A DNA stretch of 64,000 bases from Lama glama (Eukaryota), in assembly GCA_028534125.1 (NCBI GenBank), contig CM052818.1, forward strand, positions 3,288,001 through 3,352,000, given 5' to 3'. Below, in pieces: positions 14,500-26,559 of this stretch. The position numbers and the translations under genes were made by a program. A model generated the notes under the pieces. It worked only from the letters and a program-made list of their open reading frames with translations. It searched no databases and had not been told where the DNA came from. Every line of letters begins with the position of its first letter. The first letter of the stretch is position 1.

Positions 14500-15235
14500 C
14501 TTTTTCCCCCCTGATTATAAATATAACATATGTTCATTGTAGAAAATTTAGAAGATATATAAATGATAAATAAAGAAGAAAATAACAATTCACTCTAATT
14601 ATGTGACTCAGTAGTAACTACTTTTAGTATATTGGTGTATTTTCTTCTTGTCTTGCTTATGTTCGTTGTTTTAAAAATTGTATTGGCTTAAAATGTATAG
14701 TTTTGTGTCCTAATTCTTTCCCTTCACCTTCTATTGTAAGCATTTTCCGTGTCAATACATATTACTGTAATGTGAGTCTTTCTGACCACATTCTGTCATC
14801 ATTGGCTACACCATAACTTCTTTAATCAATGTGCTGTTCTTGAACATGTAGATAATTGCCACAGTCCTGTGATCACCGCAAGTGGTGCAATATCCTTGTA
14901 CATAAATGTCCATCTACATCTCTGATAAGTTTTGAAATAAAATCTTAGAAGTGAAATTCTGGGTAAAAGAAATTCTGGGTGAAACATTAAAAAAAAAGCT
15001 TTCATTTTGAAGTGATTTTAGATTTGCAGAAAAGTGAAGATAGAACAGCGAGTTTCCATACACCCTTCACCCAGCTTCCTCTGCTGTTGGTGTCTTACCC
15101 ACCAGAGTATATTTGTCAAAACTAATTTAACTAATTTAGGTATGCAGTTACCTAAACTCCAGACTTTATTTGGCTTTCGCCAGTTTTCTGTCTGTTTTCC
15201 GTGCGGTGGAAAATTTAAGATACCATGTTGTATTT
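14500..15235 (-). mobile_element. Ancient L1 (L1ME/L1MC-like) fragments
   Basis: catatgttcattgtagaaaatttagaa; tgattttagatttgcagaaaagtgaagatagaacag. Confidence 0.55.
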
Positions 15236-15398
15236 AGGAAGTGAATACTTGTAAGGCTTTTGGGGTGTGTGTTGGGGGTGTGTGTGTGTAGAAAAGTTGT
15301 ATCAATTTATGTTCACACCAATAACATGGATGGAAAAAGACTTTGCCAACCTAATAGACATAACAACAAAAACAGTAACGTAAATTCAGCAGGCATTT

Positions 15399-15580
15399 CT
15401 CCCTCCCTCCCTTCCTCCCTCCTTTCTTTCTTTCCTTTCTTTCTTGCTTGCTTTGTTGCTTGCTTGCTTTCTTGCTTGCTTTTCTTTCCTTTCTTTCGTA
15501 AATGAAAGTACTGAAGATTGAACCCAGGACCTCGTGCATGTAAAGCATGAACTCTACCACTGAGCTATACCCTCCCCACT
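15399..15580 (-). mobile_element. tRNA-derived SINE (Vic-1-like) whose tail is a compound microsatellite
   Basis: Reverse complement has gggtatagctcagtggtagag...ctgggttcaatc; TSD AGCAGGCATTT at 15388-15398 and 15581-15591. Confidence 0.85.
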
Positions 15581-18295
15581 AGCAGGCATTTATTTGCTAG
15601 TGTGTTTACAGATTTTCTCATGTTTGGTGGCCAGTTGTACTTTTTGTTTTGGTTTCCCAGTCAGCAGTAGGGGTTTTTGTTAATGTCTAGGCCCTTAGCT
15701 TCCATCCAAGTTGACATACTACCAGGTCAGGTGAGTGTCTAGAAAGTCATCATTGCATCCTGCCAGGTCACTAAGGCAGGGGCCTCCAGGAAGGGCAGGC
15801 CTGCCCAGATGCTCCCTGCAAGCCTGTTTCTCCCTCGGAGGCCTGGCCTGGGCTGTGGGACCCTAGTAACAATGAAGTGTGCTCTCTGAGAGCAGGCTCA
15901 GCTGGCAGCAAGGGGTCAGATGCGTACAGAGACCAGTGCAGGGTGGGCAGTGACAGGTTGTAAAGACCACTGTCTTGGAGTCGGGAGAATTGAGGCTTCC
16001 TCCTACTGTTACTATTTAATGTGAACTTGAGCAAATCCGGTCCATTTAATAGAGCTCTGTTTTTTTCATCTGGTTAACAGGCGGAATCTCAGGGGCTGAA
16101 TGGACGATTGTGAAAGCACTTTGTAAAGCCCTGTACAAATGAGTGATATGGTCAGAGGGAACCATGTCGCAAAGGGGAAGGAGCAGTGACTTGTGTGGAC
16201 AGTATGACTCTCCATCCAACACCCTCCTGAGATCAGCTCAGTTCCAACCCTTAGCTCCCATCTGGCCAGCCAGGAAGGAAATTCCATCTTGGTCATTAAA
16301 GGCCTCCTCCTGGTAAGGGTCACCCCAGAACCCAGGAGGCTCATGGTGCTGCCCAGGAAAGGGGCCTTCTATGAGCTGTCCAGTTGCATGGGCCCTGTAC
16401 TCTGATTCTGCCTCCAGGCCGCAGTTGAGACTTCTGTGCCCAGTGCTGGCTTCCATCTGGTCCTGAAGCTCAGAGGACAGATCCAAGACCCTCTTGGGAT
16501 AGGAAGGGAAAGGAAGAACGCAGCTATCTAAACACAGGTTAATATCTGAGAAAATAATCTGGCCACACTGAGAAGAAATTAGAAGTTATTATGTCCTCTT
16601 GTCCAAATACTGTTACAAACTTACAGTGTGACCTCTAGCATGTCACTCATTGTCTCTGAGACTGTTTCCCACTAAGGGGGTGGGTTTCATAACCTCTACA
16701 GCAGCCCACGGGCACTCCCCATCCTAGAGCCTGCCCCTGCTTGGGGCGGCAAGGTGTTCCTGGCCTTTCCCAGTCCCGGGCACGTGACCTGACCAGGCCC
16801 GCTTCAGCAGCGTGGCTGGCAGACTGTCCCTGAGGCCTGCTGTTGCTCTGATCTGTGAGGGTTCGCAGCTCTGTGTAATCATCACCATAAATAAGAGCTA
16901 GCTCTGGGTTGCCCAGTGCTCTCGGTACATTATTTCATTTAATTTGCATAACCGCTTGTTGAGATGGTCCTGTTTTTCATTTTATAAGAGAGGAAACAGA
17001 GGCCAGGTAGCTTTCCCAGAGCCCGCGTGGTGGGTGAGGGGCGGAGCTGGTCTCCCCACCCCCCCCATGCTGAGCTTTCCAGCCACTGGGTTGTCTCCCC
17101 TCCGGGGCAGAGGGAACCTGGGAACAGAACATCCTGGTGTGCACATGTGGCCATGCCCAGAACTAGTCTGGGAAGACCCTCCCTGAGGAGACTCTGAGGT
17201 CCTCACGTCCCCCTGAGTCCTGAAGAGATGGGTAGAGGGTATTGGGAGGGGCATGAGACCCCCCGAGGATGAAGCTTCTCCAAGGGCAACAGCAGGCATC
17301 TCAGAGTTCTGGGGTCTCTGCCGGGACAGAAGGCCCAGGACCCCGCGTGCACGCCCGTCTTCCGGAGGGCTGTCCTTTCTCCACCTGTGTTCATGCATGG
17401 GTGATCCGAGAGTACGTCACCCACCTCCTCCCTGGCCTCGGCTAGGGCAATGTCTGGGTTTGCATCCAGTCACTGGGCAGACACATGTCACTGTCATCAT
17501 GCACCCACAAGGGCAGGGCCCACATCCAGGGCTCACCGCCTGGAGGCAGGCCTAAGGCAGCCTGGAGTGGTGCCGTGACACAGCAAGCCCCCGCTAGTGA
17601 TTCTGTCACATGGGTCCCTCCACTGCCCCCCCAGAGTTACTTCTACTAATTTCCATCCCCCACCCCGCTTCACCCCCTGGGCTGAAAAATTCGTTGTTGA
17701 AAAAGAAAATCTCTAAGACCTTCTGATCCTCCGAGGATGCATTCTGTCCAACTTCCTGATGAACTTGTTGGGAAATGGTACCTTATTTATCCAAATCTTA
17801 AGTCAGGTTTGGGGTTATATTGACTCAAAATCATGCTGGGCCATTTCTTTCCATTTGTACTTATTAAGCCCTTCCTAGGCAGTTCTGGGCGAGGTACTGT
17901 GAGTGCAGTAGGAGCTCTAGAGGCCAGCCTTCATTTTACAGGTGGAGAGACATACAGAGTTGCCCAGAGATACTAAGGAGCTCACCCAAAGTCACACAGC
18001 GACTTAGGGGCTGTCATGGGTTTGGAACTTGAGGTTCCTGCCTTTCGGCTGTGTGATCTTTCAACAGCATCTTGCACAACTTCCAGTGTAGACGGAGGAG
18101 CAGGAATGGCAGCCCTGGGACAATTGCAGAACTCTCAGAGGGGAGCAGAGTTCCCCTTGTTGGTGATTTCCCACCCACAGTGGGTTTGTTGCCAGTGTCT
18201 TTACGTTGTTTACTTATATACGCTTGTTTGGGGATTGTCGTTTTCTTTTGAGACACTGGGAAATCCCGTAACTGAAAAAAACAAAAAATCAGGGA

Positions 18296-18421
18296 GGGGG
18301 AAGGTATGGCTCAAGTGGTAGAGTGTATTCTTGGCACCCAAGAGGTCCTGGGTTCAATCCCCAGTACCTCCTCAAAGCAGAAATCAGTGAAGAAACCTGA
18401 TTACCTCCCCCTCATAAAAAA
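18296..18421 (+). mobile_element. tRNA-derived SINE (Vic-1-like)
   Basis: ggtatggctcaagtggtagag...gggttcaatccccagtacctcc...aaacctgattacctcccc then poly(A); flanked by AAAAAATCAG at 18283-18292 and 18422-18431. Confidence 0.85.
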
Positions 18422-21089
18422 AAAAAATCAGTGAAATTGAATTCCTACCTTTTTGCCCAGTTTGTGCTTCTTCAGTGTGTGTGTGTTTCCTACCGTAGCA
18501 CTTTCTGTGTCCAGACAGTTTCACATAGATTGATCTGGGTGAGGGCTCTCTGTGTGTGCTTTGCACGGGGTGCAGGGACAGAGGCAGAGCAAGGTGGGAA
18601 TGAAGCGTAGGGAAGGGGCAGCTGGCGCCCGGGTGGAAAGGAGGCAACAGGCCGTCTCATTGACTGGGACGCTCTGAACCTGCAGGGAGGAGGAGGGCTG
18701 CCGTGCTTGTCCATTGGTGGGGTGAGTAAGGCTCTCCCGACAAAGGGAAAGAGGCTGGTAAAGGGCTTTCTCACCCTAGAAGTGTTCAGGTTTTGAAGGC
18801 TCTTGACTCAGTGTCAACGTCATTCTTTCATTCACTCAAATAATTCTGGAGGGCATTCAACAAATAATGGTCTAAAGTCACCTCTGGGCGAAGCCCTGGT
18901 GTCAAGTTCCAAGAAGGTTGTGCCTTAGTTCTCTTCTGTCCTCGCTTGGAGAGAATCAGTCTCCTCTGGGCCCCGTGGCCTGCCTGATCCTACTCAGCCT
19001 CAAGGGCTTTGGAGTGACTTCTGGCTGGGCCTGGGCCTCCGCGGGTCGGGTTTGGGGTGAAGGCTGCATCACCGAGGTCAGGCTGGAGGGAGCGAGGTGC
19101 TGGGGGCTGGGCCTGCTTCCAAGGAGAAGCACCACTGCAGCTCCTCTGGGAGCAGGGTTTGGAGGATCATGGGTTTCCACCCCTCCCTGACTTACACCAG
19201 ACTTTTTTCAGAGAAGATGAAAACAACCAGGCCCACCATCTAGAAATGAAACCAGATTTGGATCTCCTGAGAGATCAGAACAGAGTGTAAAATGAAAGGT
19301 AGGGGACCTTGGCACAGGCTGGGGTGCCCACCTCAGAGGTCACCATCCTGAATTGGGCCTCACAGTGGAGAGAGACAGGCCAGGCAGAGCCAAGGGTGGA
19401 TCTCCTTCCTAACTCCTATCTCTCTGGAGCTGTGAGTCGGACGGATTTTTATCTTGCTTATTTTGACCTTCCATGAGGCAACAGCTGGAGGTGGGGAAAA
19501 GAACAGAGCAACAAGCACCCTGGTTCTTCTTTTGGCCCCTTTAGCAACTTCCTGTAGTTTTTGAGCAAGACAGGTATAATCCAAGGCCTTGAGGTGCGCA
19601 GTCCCAGCATATGCCGTGGCCCCAAGATCATCTAGAAGTTGAGCCTAGTCATGGGCAAATTGACTGCCTGGGGGGAAAGGGTGGATGTTAAATATGCTGC
19701 CTTGGCCGGGCCCTTCAGTCATTCAGCAGCTAATTTTGGGCACCTGCTTTGTGCCTTGCACAGTGAGGAGCCTTCGAGCTCACGTCTCCTTCATACTCCA
19801 CTCCTTTCCCCTTTGTCACACAGCAAGGCCCACCTTTCACCAGCGAGGACACGGCACCACGGGAGAAAGCCACAGACTTGGCTTTTGTCTCTGAGTGAAG
19901 TGTGTGGCAAATTCAAATGTATCTGCTACAGAGTCTTTCCTCAAGTAATTCTGGGTGCTTTCCAAACTTAGCAATTCCCTAAAGGATGGGGGAGGAGGCA
20001 GGGGCGCTTTCCCGGGAAAGGGACAGCGTGGGCAAAGGCCCTGTGGTGAAAGGGAACAAGAGTTCTTTGAAAACCCAGGAGAAGGCAATGTGACAAGGAA
20101 GGGGAGTTTGCAGGCTGGGCTCTGCTAGGCCAGTGGGGCCTCTCTGTGAGCCTCCTCTTGATCCCCCTGCTTCACCCAGGACTCCCCATTTTCCCCTCAG
20201 ATCTCAGCCCAGGCATCAGGTGCTAGAAATAGAAAGCCTTTCCTGAGTGCCTGGAGGCAGTCAAGTCCTCTGTTAAATGCCCTCTTGTACTTCCCCTGTG
20301 GACCCTGGTGTCTCCTCAAAGGGAGCTCTGCCCTTCAGGGACTGGGGCTTCTCAGCCTTCTGTGGCCTCTGGCTGAGGTGGATCCTCCTTCCTCCTGTCC
20401 GAGGGTCAAGCTTTAGCCTGGAACTGTCCCGGAGGGGCGTTGGTGGGAGCTGTCAGGCATGTGACCGGGCCTGTGCTGTGCCGGAGGGTTAGCCCTGCAC
20501 CAGGAGCTTGGGGCTGTCAGACACAGGGTTGCAGGGCTGCTGGCTGACGGGGGATGTGGCAGGACTGAAAACATGCCATCAGCTGTGACCCCATATCCTG
20601 AAACAGTCCTGCCTCATGGCTCTGTGCCCTCCTCAGCCACCCAACATTGTCATTACCTAGAACTGTTCCACCTCTGCTCTTAAACAATTCCAGAGTCCCC
20701 ACTATCTGATCCCAGCCTTTTTCCTTCCAGAGTTTTCATCCATGACTCCCACCCCTGTCCTTGACCTCATGGAGTTCCCCTGCATCCCCGCCCCAGCCCA
20801 TCCTCACCTCCCACTCCCGAAGGCCCAGACCCTCTACATCACATCAGATACCCCCTTCCCCAGGCCTGCTCCCCCGCCCACAACTCCTGTGTCCTTCCAG
20901 TCCCCCTGACCAGGCTAGGCATCCTAGCTCCAAGTCAGACCAACTTCCTGCCTCCCTCATCTCCCCCACGGGGGTACTAGACCCCTACAGAACCTCCAAT
21001 CTCAGCCCCACCTGGAGCAGCCGGCCTTTCTCTCCCTTTCCCCTAGAGCTGCTCCAGGCCTTCTCCACTGCCCTCCACCTGTGACCTCT

Positions 21090-21420
21090 CCACCGCACTT
21101 CTGGCAGACAATCCCTCATCTCTGAGAAATCAGAGGTCGCCAGACGGGGCGCCCCCACTGTGGCCGTCATGGAGGCTGCTCAGTCCTCCCTGCCAGGGGC
21201 AACCTTGAGGGTTGGGGCGGCAGCTGCGGCCAGTGCTCATGGAGGCAGGGCTATGAGGGCCTCCCGGCTTCTGCCCCAAATGTGAGGCTCCGCCCGCCAT
21301 CATCCTGCCCGCTCCCGCTGCTCCTGCCCCCTCTTTTTCACAGGGGTTGCTTCCCACTAGATTTCTTCATTCCTAACTCCATTTGGCATCTGTTTCCCAG
21401 GGCACCCGGCCTGATACACC
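21090..21420 (+). mobile_element. Possible ancient ERVL-class solo LTR remnant
   Basis: 3' end ctaactccatttggcatctgtttcccagggcacccggcctgataca resembles ERVL LTR termini; recall only. Confidence 0.35.
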
Positions 21421-21719
21421 ACCTTTCTGACTTGCCATCCGTGTGTTTACCCCTTGTGTTTCCCACCCGTCCTTCTCACGTGGCTGTGGGAGAGGCAGCT
21501 TCCTGCCCGCCCCAGTCTAGCCCTTCCAGCGGGGCTGTGGACCCACTGCCTTGTTCTCTCTCTGGCTTTGTGCTCCTGGAGCCAGCATCCCATCTTCCCA
21601 ACATTCTTCCCTCCGCTGCCCTGCACTTGTCCTCACCAGTGGCCTTCCTTCACTCAGTGTCACCAGGGCCACCAAGTCGCCAAAACCCTCAGCTGCATCT
21701 CCATCTTTCTCAGCCTTGA

Positions 21720-22300
21720 CCTGTGCTAAGCTCTCCTCCCTGAACTGCACCCCCCCCACTGTCTCTTGTCTTCATCACTCCCTTCCCTACCCCAACTCTC
21801 GCCTCCTGCCTCTCTCACTGCTTCTCTGTCTCCCGGCCTCGGCCACCCTGTGGATGCTGGGATCCCCGGGCCTGGAGTAGGATCCCTTCTCTCCTCAGCC
21901 AACTCCCTCCCTCCACGGGGCGACAGTTCCCAAATACTGACTTGCTGACAACACCCAGTTAGGACTTTTCCTGAAGTCCAGATTGCAATGTCCAACTGAC
22001 AAGGGGACTTTTCCACTTGGGTATATATACCATGTGTACCGCAAATCCAGCATGTCCCAGGATGAATTCAGTCACCCAGCAAAGCCATTCCTCTGGGGTC
22101 TCCACTCCAGAGAGTGCCACCACCATCCTCCAAGTCACCCAGGCCAGAAACTGGGGCAGCCCCCTCCGTCTTCCCTTCCATGTGGTCACCAGGTAACTAC
22201 CCATTTGACTCCTACACTCCCAGTCTGTCTGCTCCTCTCCTCGGCACCGTCCCTGAACGTAGCCTTCAGCATTTCTTGATTGCACTGCTGATTCCATCAC
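21720..22300 (-). mobile_element. L2 fragment
   Basis: ttttcctgaagtccagattgcaatgtccaactg...ccaccatcctccaagtcacccaggccagaaactgggg. Confidence 0.6.
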
Positions 22301-22531
22301 TTAACCCAGTCTTGAGTCTTACTCTGTATCTTTCCGTTACATTTCTCAAATTGATCCTTGAAAGGCCTGTGATTCTGGACAGGGAAGACTTTCATTGCTT
22401 CCTTCACCACTGCCATGATCACCATTTATCAAGCTTTCTGCATGTGCCAATTAAAATCCCTCTGGATCTTATCTTCCCTTCCTTTGTGGGCTTCTCTCTC
22501 TCTCTCTATTTCTTTCATATTGTGCTTAGCC

Positions 22532-23292
22532 TTTTTTTTAAAATTAAAGTATAGTCAATTTACAGTGTTGTGTCAATTTCTGGTGTACAGCATAATAGTT
22601 CAGTCATACATATACATACATATATTCATTTTCATACTCTTTTTACCATAAGTTACTGCAAAATATCGAATATAGTTCCCCATGCTATACAGTATAAACT
22701 TACTGTTCATCTATTTTATATATAGTAGTTAGTATCTGCAAATCTCGGACTCTCAGTTCATCTCTTCCCACCTCTTCCTCCTCGGTAACCATAAGTTTGT
22801 TTTCTATGTCTGTGAGTCTGTTTCTGTTTTGTAAATAAGTTCATTTGTCTTTTTTGTTTTCTCAGTTTTCTTAGGTAAAATTGATACAGTTTGAGTGCAC
22901 ATATACAATATACTGCATGTGAATACATATATACAGTATATTGCATATTTTAAAAATTTACATATTTGTACTGTTCATTGTTTCTAAGAACAGTTTAGAG
23001 CTTTAGCTTTTTAAATGTACATAGTTATCAAAGGAATAAAGCACCACAAAATAAGAACCAACAGAATGCAATAATCCAATCATAACGGACAGTCAAATGT
23101 GCTTACATATGTTCAAGAAATCAGTCATCTAAGTTATAAATAATAAGTAGCTTACCTGTATCTTGTTTTTTTAGATTCCACATATACATGACGTCATATG
23201 GTATTTTTCTTTCGCTTTCTGGTTTACTTCACTTAGAATGACAGTCTCCATGTCCATCCATGTTACTGCAAATGGCATTATTTTATTATTTG
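22532..23292 (-). mobile_element. 5'-truncated L1 3' end interrupted by a ~300 bp insert (22861-23165)
   Basis: Reverse complement is colinear with the 27500-27920 L1 (NNKIMPFAVTWMDMETVILSEVNQKAKEKYHMTSCICGI plus 3'UTR), except for the insert. Confidence 0.88.
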
Positions 23293-23299
23293 TAGGCTT

Positions 23300-24350
23300 C
23301 TCTTGACCGTACAGGGCTAGCCACACTGAATCACATATAGCTCCCAACACATCCTGCAGTCTCATGCCACAGGGCCTTTGCACCTGCCTCCTTCCTGGAA
23401 TGCTCTCCCCCATCCCTTACCTGCTAACTCCTACCCATCTATCACAGCTCAGACCAAGGGCTATAATCCCCTGAAGGCTTAGCAAGGACGCTCCGCTTCT
23501 ACTCTTCCCCAGCATCCTCTGCAGAGCTCTATCTGCCAGAGCGCTGATTGCCTTGGTTTTGTTTCCCCTATAAGACTGAGCACTTGGTGAGAATCTGGCT
23601 CATTTTGGCGTCCCCAGCACCTAACACAGAATCTGGCACATAGCACTGAAGAGATATTAGTAATGAAAGAATGCTTAAATGAACAAATGAATGAATTCTG
23701 CTTGGTACGGGGTGCTCATGATGGAGATGGTATTTGAGGTGAGCCCGAAAGAATGACTAAGACTCTGTGAAACAAGATTGAATGGAGAAAGGCATTCCAG
23801 GGATAGGGCATGGCATGTGCAAGGCATGTTGGTTTGGGAGGGTGGGATGCCTTAGGGGGGCCTCAGGTGGAACAGAGGTTAAGTGTGCAGAACATGCCAG
23901 AGAGGGATCTGGAGAGATGGGACAAGGGACAATGAGGACTGGGCTCTGGGAAGCCTGACTTTGCCCATTACAGACCAGGGCAGGATAGAATGAGTGGTTT
24001 GATGCCATGAGGAAGGTGGGCAGGAGGGGTGGGGCCAGGTCATGGGGGTCCAGGGAGAAGATGATGGGACTGTGATCCAGGGCAGGCCTGGGGACAGAGA
24101 GCAGGACCAAACTTGTGAGGGGTTTAGATGGCAGTGACCTGGTGCCAGAGAAGAAGGTGTGAGGGTTGCAGGATGGTGACTCTCTGGTTTCTGGCTTGGG
24201 TCCCTGGGTGGATGGTGAAGCCCTTCACCAAGATGGCAGCCCTGGAGAGGAGCAGGTTTGAGAGCAAGAAAAGGAGTTCAATTTTGCTTATAAGGTAGGA
24301 CCTGAAAAATATACATTGGAAGGGGCCATTAGGCTTGTAGAGCTTTTTGA
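23300..24350. mobile_element. L2 fragments (both orientations)
   Basis: cagggcctttgcacctgcctccttcctggaatgctctcccc; cccagcacctaacacagaatctggcacatag; aaggcattccagggatagggcatggcatgtgcaaggc. Confidence 0.6.
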
Positions 24351-24399
24351 AAGTCCCATTCAGGGCAGAGCTGAGCTGGGGGTGAGGGTCAGATCCAGG

Positions 24400-24835
24400 T
24401 ATGCTCAGATCAGACCAGCTCTTAAAAGCTGATTGTTACATTTTCTGGAATTTTATGACACAGTGGTTAAACCTAGTTATTATGAAAAAGTTATATTAAA
24501 TTGTAATTAAATAAATTACATTAAAAACAAAGATAAGTACTCAAAATGCATCACTTCCTAAGAATTTTACAATATTTTATTGTTCATGCTTTTAAAATTC
24601 TTTACATCTCTTAGGTCTGTGGAAATACTATATAATGTTGTATCACTGCGCTATTCTTCCCACCTCTGCTTTCAGTGACATCACATTGGTGGCTTGAAGT
24701 CAGCCATGGAGGGAATATTACATCATGGAAAATGACAAACACCACAGATCAGGGCTTGATTTATTGTCTTGTTGACTGTCTAGACTTAAGAAATTTATGG
24801 AAAAAAATGTTAACAATACACATTTAATTTAAATG
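24400..24835 (+). mobile_element. MER63-like (hAT-Blackjack) DNA transposon fragment, truncated by the adjacent L1
   Basis: agctgattgttacattttctggaatttt...ttcagtgacatcacattggtggcttgaagtcagccatgg...cagggcttgatttattg resembles the MER63 consensus as recalled. Confidence 0.65.
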
Positions 24836-24837
24836 TA

Positions 24838-25345
24838 TGTTACAGATGGCCAACCGGCACATGAAAAGATGCTCATCATCACTAATTATTAGAGAAACGC
24901 AAATCAAAACTACAGTGAGGTATTACCTCACACTGGTCAGAATGGCCATCATCAGAAAGCCTACAAATAATAAATGCTGGACAAGGTGTGGAGAAAAGGG
25001 AACCCTCCTACACTGTTGGTAAGAATGTAAATTGGTGCAGCCACTATGGAGAACAGTATGGAGGTTCCTTAAAAAACTAAAAACATACTTACCATATGAT
25101 CCAGCAATCCTACTCCTGGGCACATATCTGGAGAAAACTCTAACTCGAAAATATACATGCACCCCAATGTTGAGAGCAGCACTATGTACAATGGACAAGA
25201 ACATAGAAGTAACTTAAATGTCCATCAACAGATGAATTGATAAAGATATATACATATACACCACATCTTGGCGTCTTTTATATATATATATATATCTCCC
25301 CACACACACACACACACACAATGGAATACTACTCAGCCATAAAAG
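24838..25345 (+). mobile_element. L1 ORF2 3' fragment lacking its 3'UTR
   Basis: [37 protein letters not shown]...[14 protein letters not shown] and [27 protein letters not shown] are typical L1 ORF2 C-terminal peptides; contains an internal (TA)n(CA)n. Confidence 0.92.
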
Positions 25346-26029
25346 CCTGGATGGGTGAAGAGTCCTCGAGAAAGGAGGAGTGGACAGAACCTGGGGCTCA
25401 CTATTTTCTCTGCCATGTAGGATGCAAGCCACCTTCTGAGACTGAGAGGAACTGAGGAGCTGAGGCGGTTTGGCAGAAGTGGACCATGAGGGACTGAGAA
25501 GGAACCTGAGAGGATGAGGCTGTCTCAGAAAGACCGGTATGACAGAATCCTAACCGTGAGTGCCAGGAGGTGGGGTGTCCACCAGGTTCCAGTCTGAGCC
25601 CCTCCCTGCGGTGTGGATTGTTTTATTAATCTCCCAGGATGATCCTAGGAGGAAGCAGAAGCTGGAAGAAAGTCCTTTGTCCACAGCCCACAGCCAGAGG
25701 CTGGGAGAGGTTAAGTCCTTTGTCCACGGCCCATGGCCGGTTAGTGGCTGAGTCCAGGCCCCAGGCTGGCGTCCACCTCCCAGCGTGCCCCACTCTGCAG
25801 TGTCCCCACAGGCTCACAGTAACAAATCAGGGCTCATGTATTGTTACATCTTTGTTGTTTTTTCTTTTCTAATAATTCCTTCTCATTGTATTTTTTAAAA
25901 GTAAAGTACATGAGAGATTGGAAATATGCAAAATGGGTCCTTTCCCTTCGAACATTTGAGAAGCACTGTCCTAACCCACCCTTCTACTCACCCTGCTCCG
26001 CTACCAGAAACCTTAGTGACCCTCGCTGG

Positions 26030-26312
26030 CTACAGCAGAGGTTTCAAATGGTGGGTGGGGACCGATTCGTGGTTTGGGAGCTTAATTTAGTGTGTCATTA
26101 CCAGCATTTAAAAAAAAAGAAAAAGAAATGGAGTAAAATCGAAAATATCAGAGTGTATCATGTCATGTAGTAAATGCATTTGCTTTATATATATGTCTGT
26201 ATATGGGTATATAAATTTCATATGTTGTAATGCATTTGTGTACTAGGATATGGTGAAAAATGTCTTTCTTACTATGATCACAGTTTAAAAAAAAAAAGAG
26301 TTTGGAAGCCAC
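26030..26312. mobile_element. hAT-Charlie-like MITE; related copies at ~3900-4305 (opposite orientation) and ~10385-10595
   Basis: The three copies share motifs of the type gggtc..gaccca....tgggtc.tgaaatcaatttag and gggtcac...agtttgaaa..cactg; family not named with confidence. Confidence 0.5.
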
Positions 26313-26559
26313 TGATGTACCAGATGAAGGCAGCCCTGCCAGGCCTGACATTCACAGCCATTGAGGACAGCGAGTGCTGAGGAAGAGTAGGCAGTGCGTC
26401 CTGGGAAAAGGTGAAGGTGAGCAGGGTTTAGGGGATGGATGAGCAGAGGGAATGATGTGAGCAAAGACCCAGAAAGACCACAACCTTCATGCTGGTGCCC
26501 CAACTCAGAGTGGGTCTGGCCCTGGCCTCTGGCAGCTTGCAGGTGGCATGAGGACTGCA

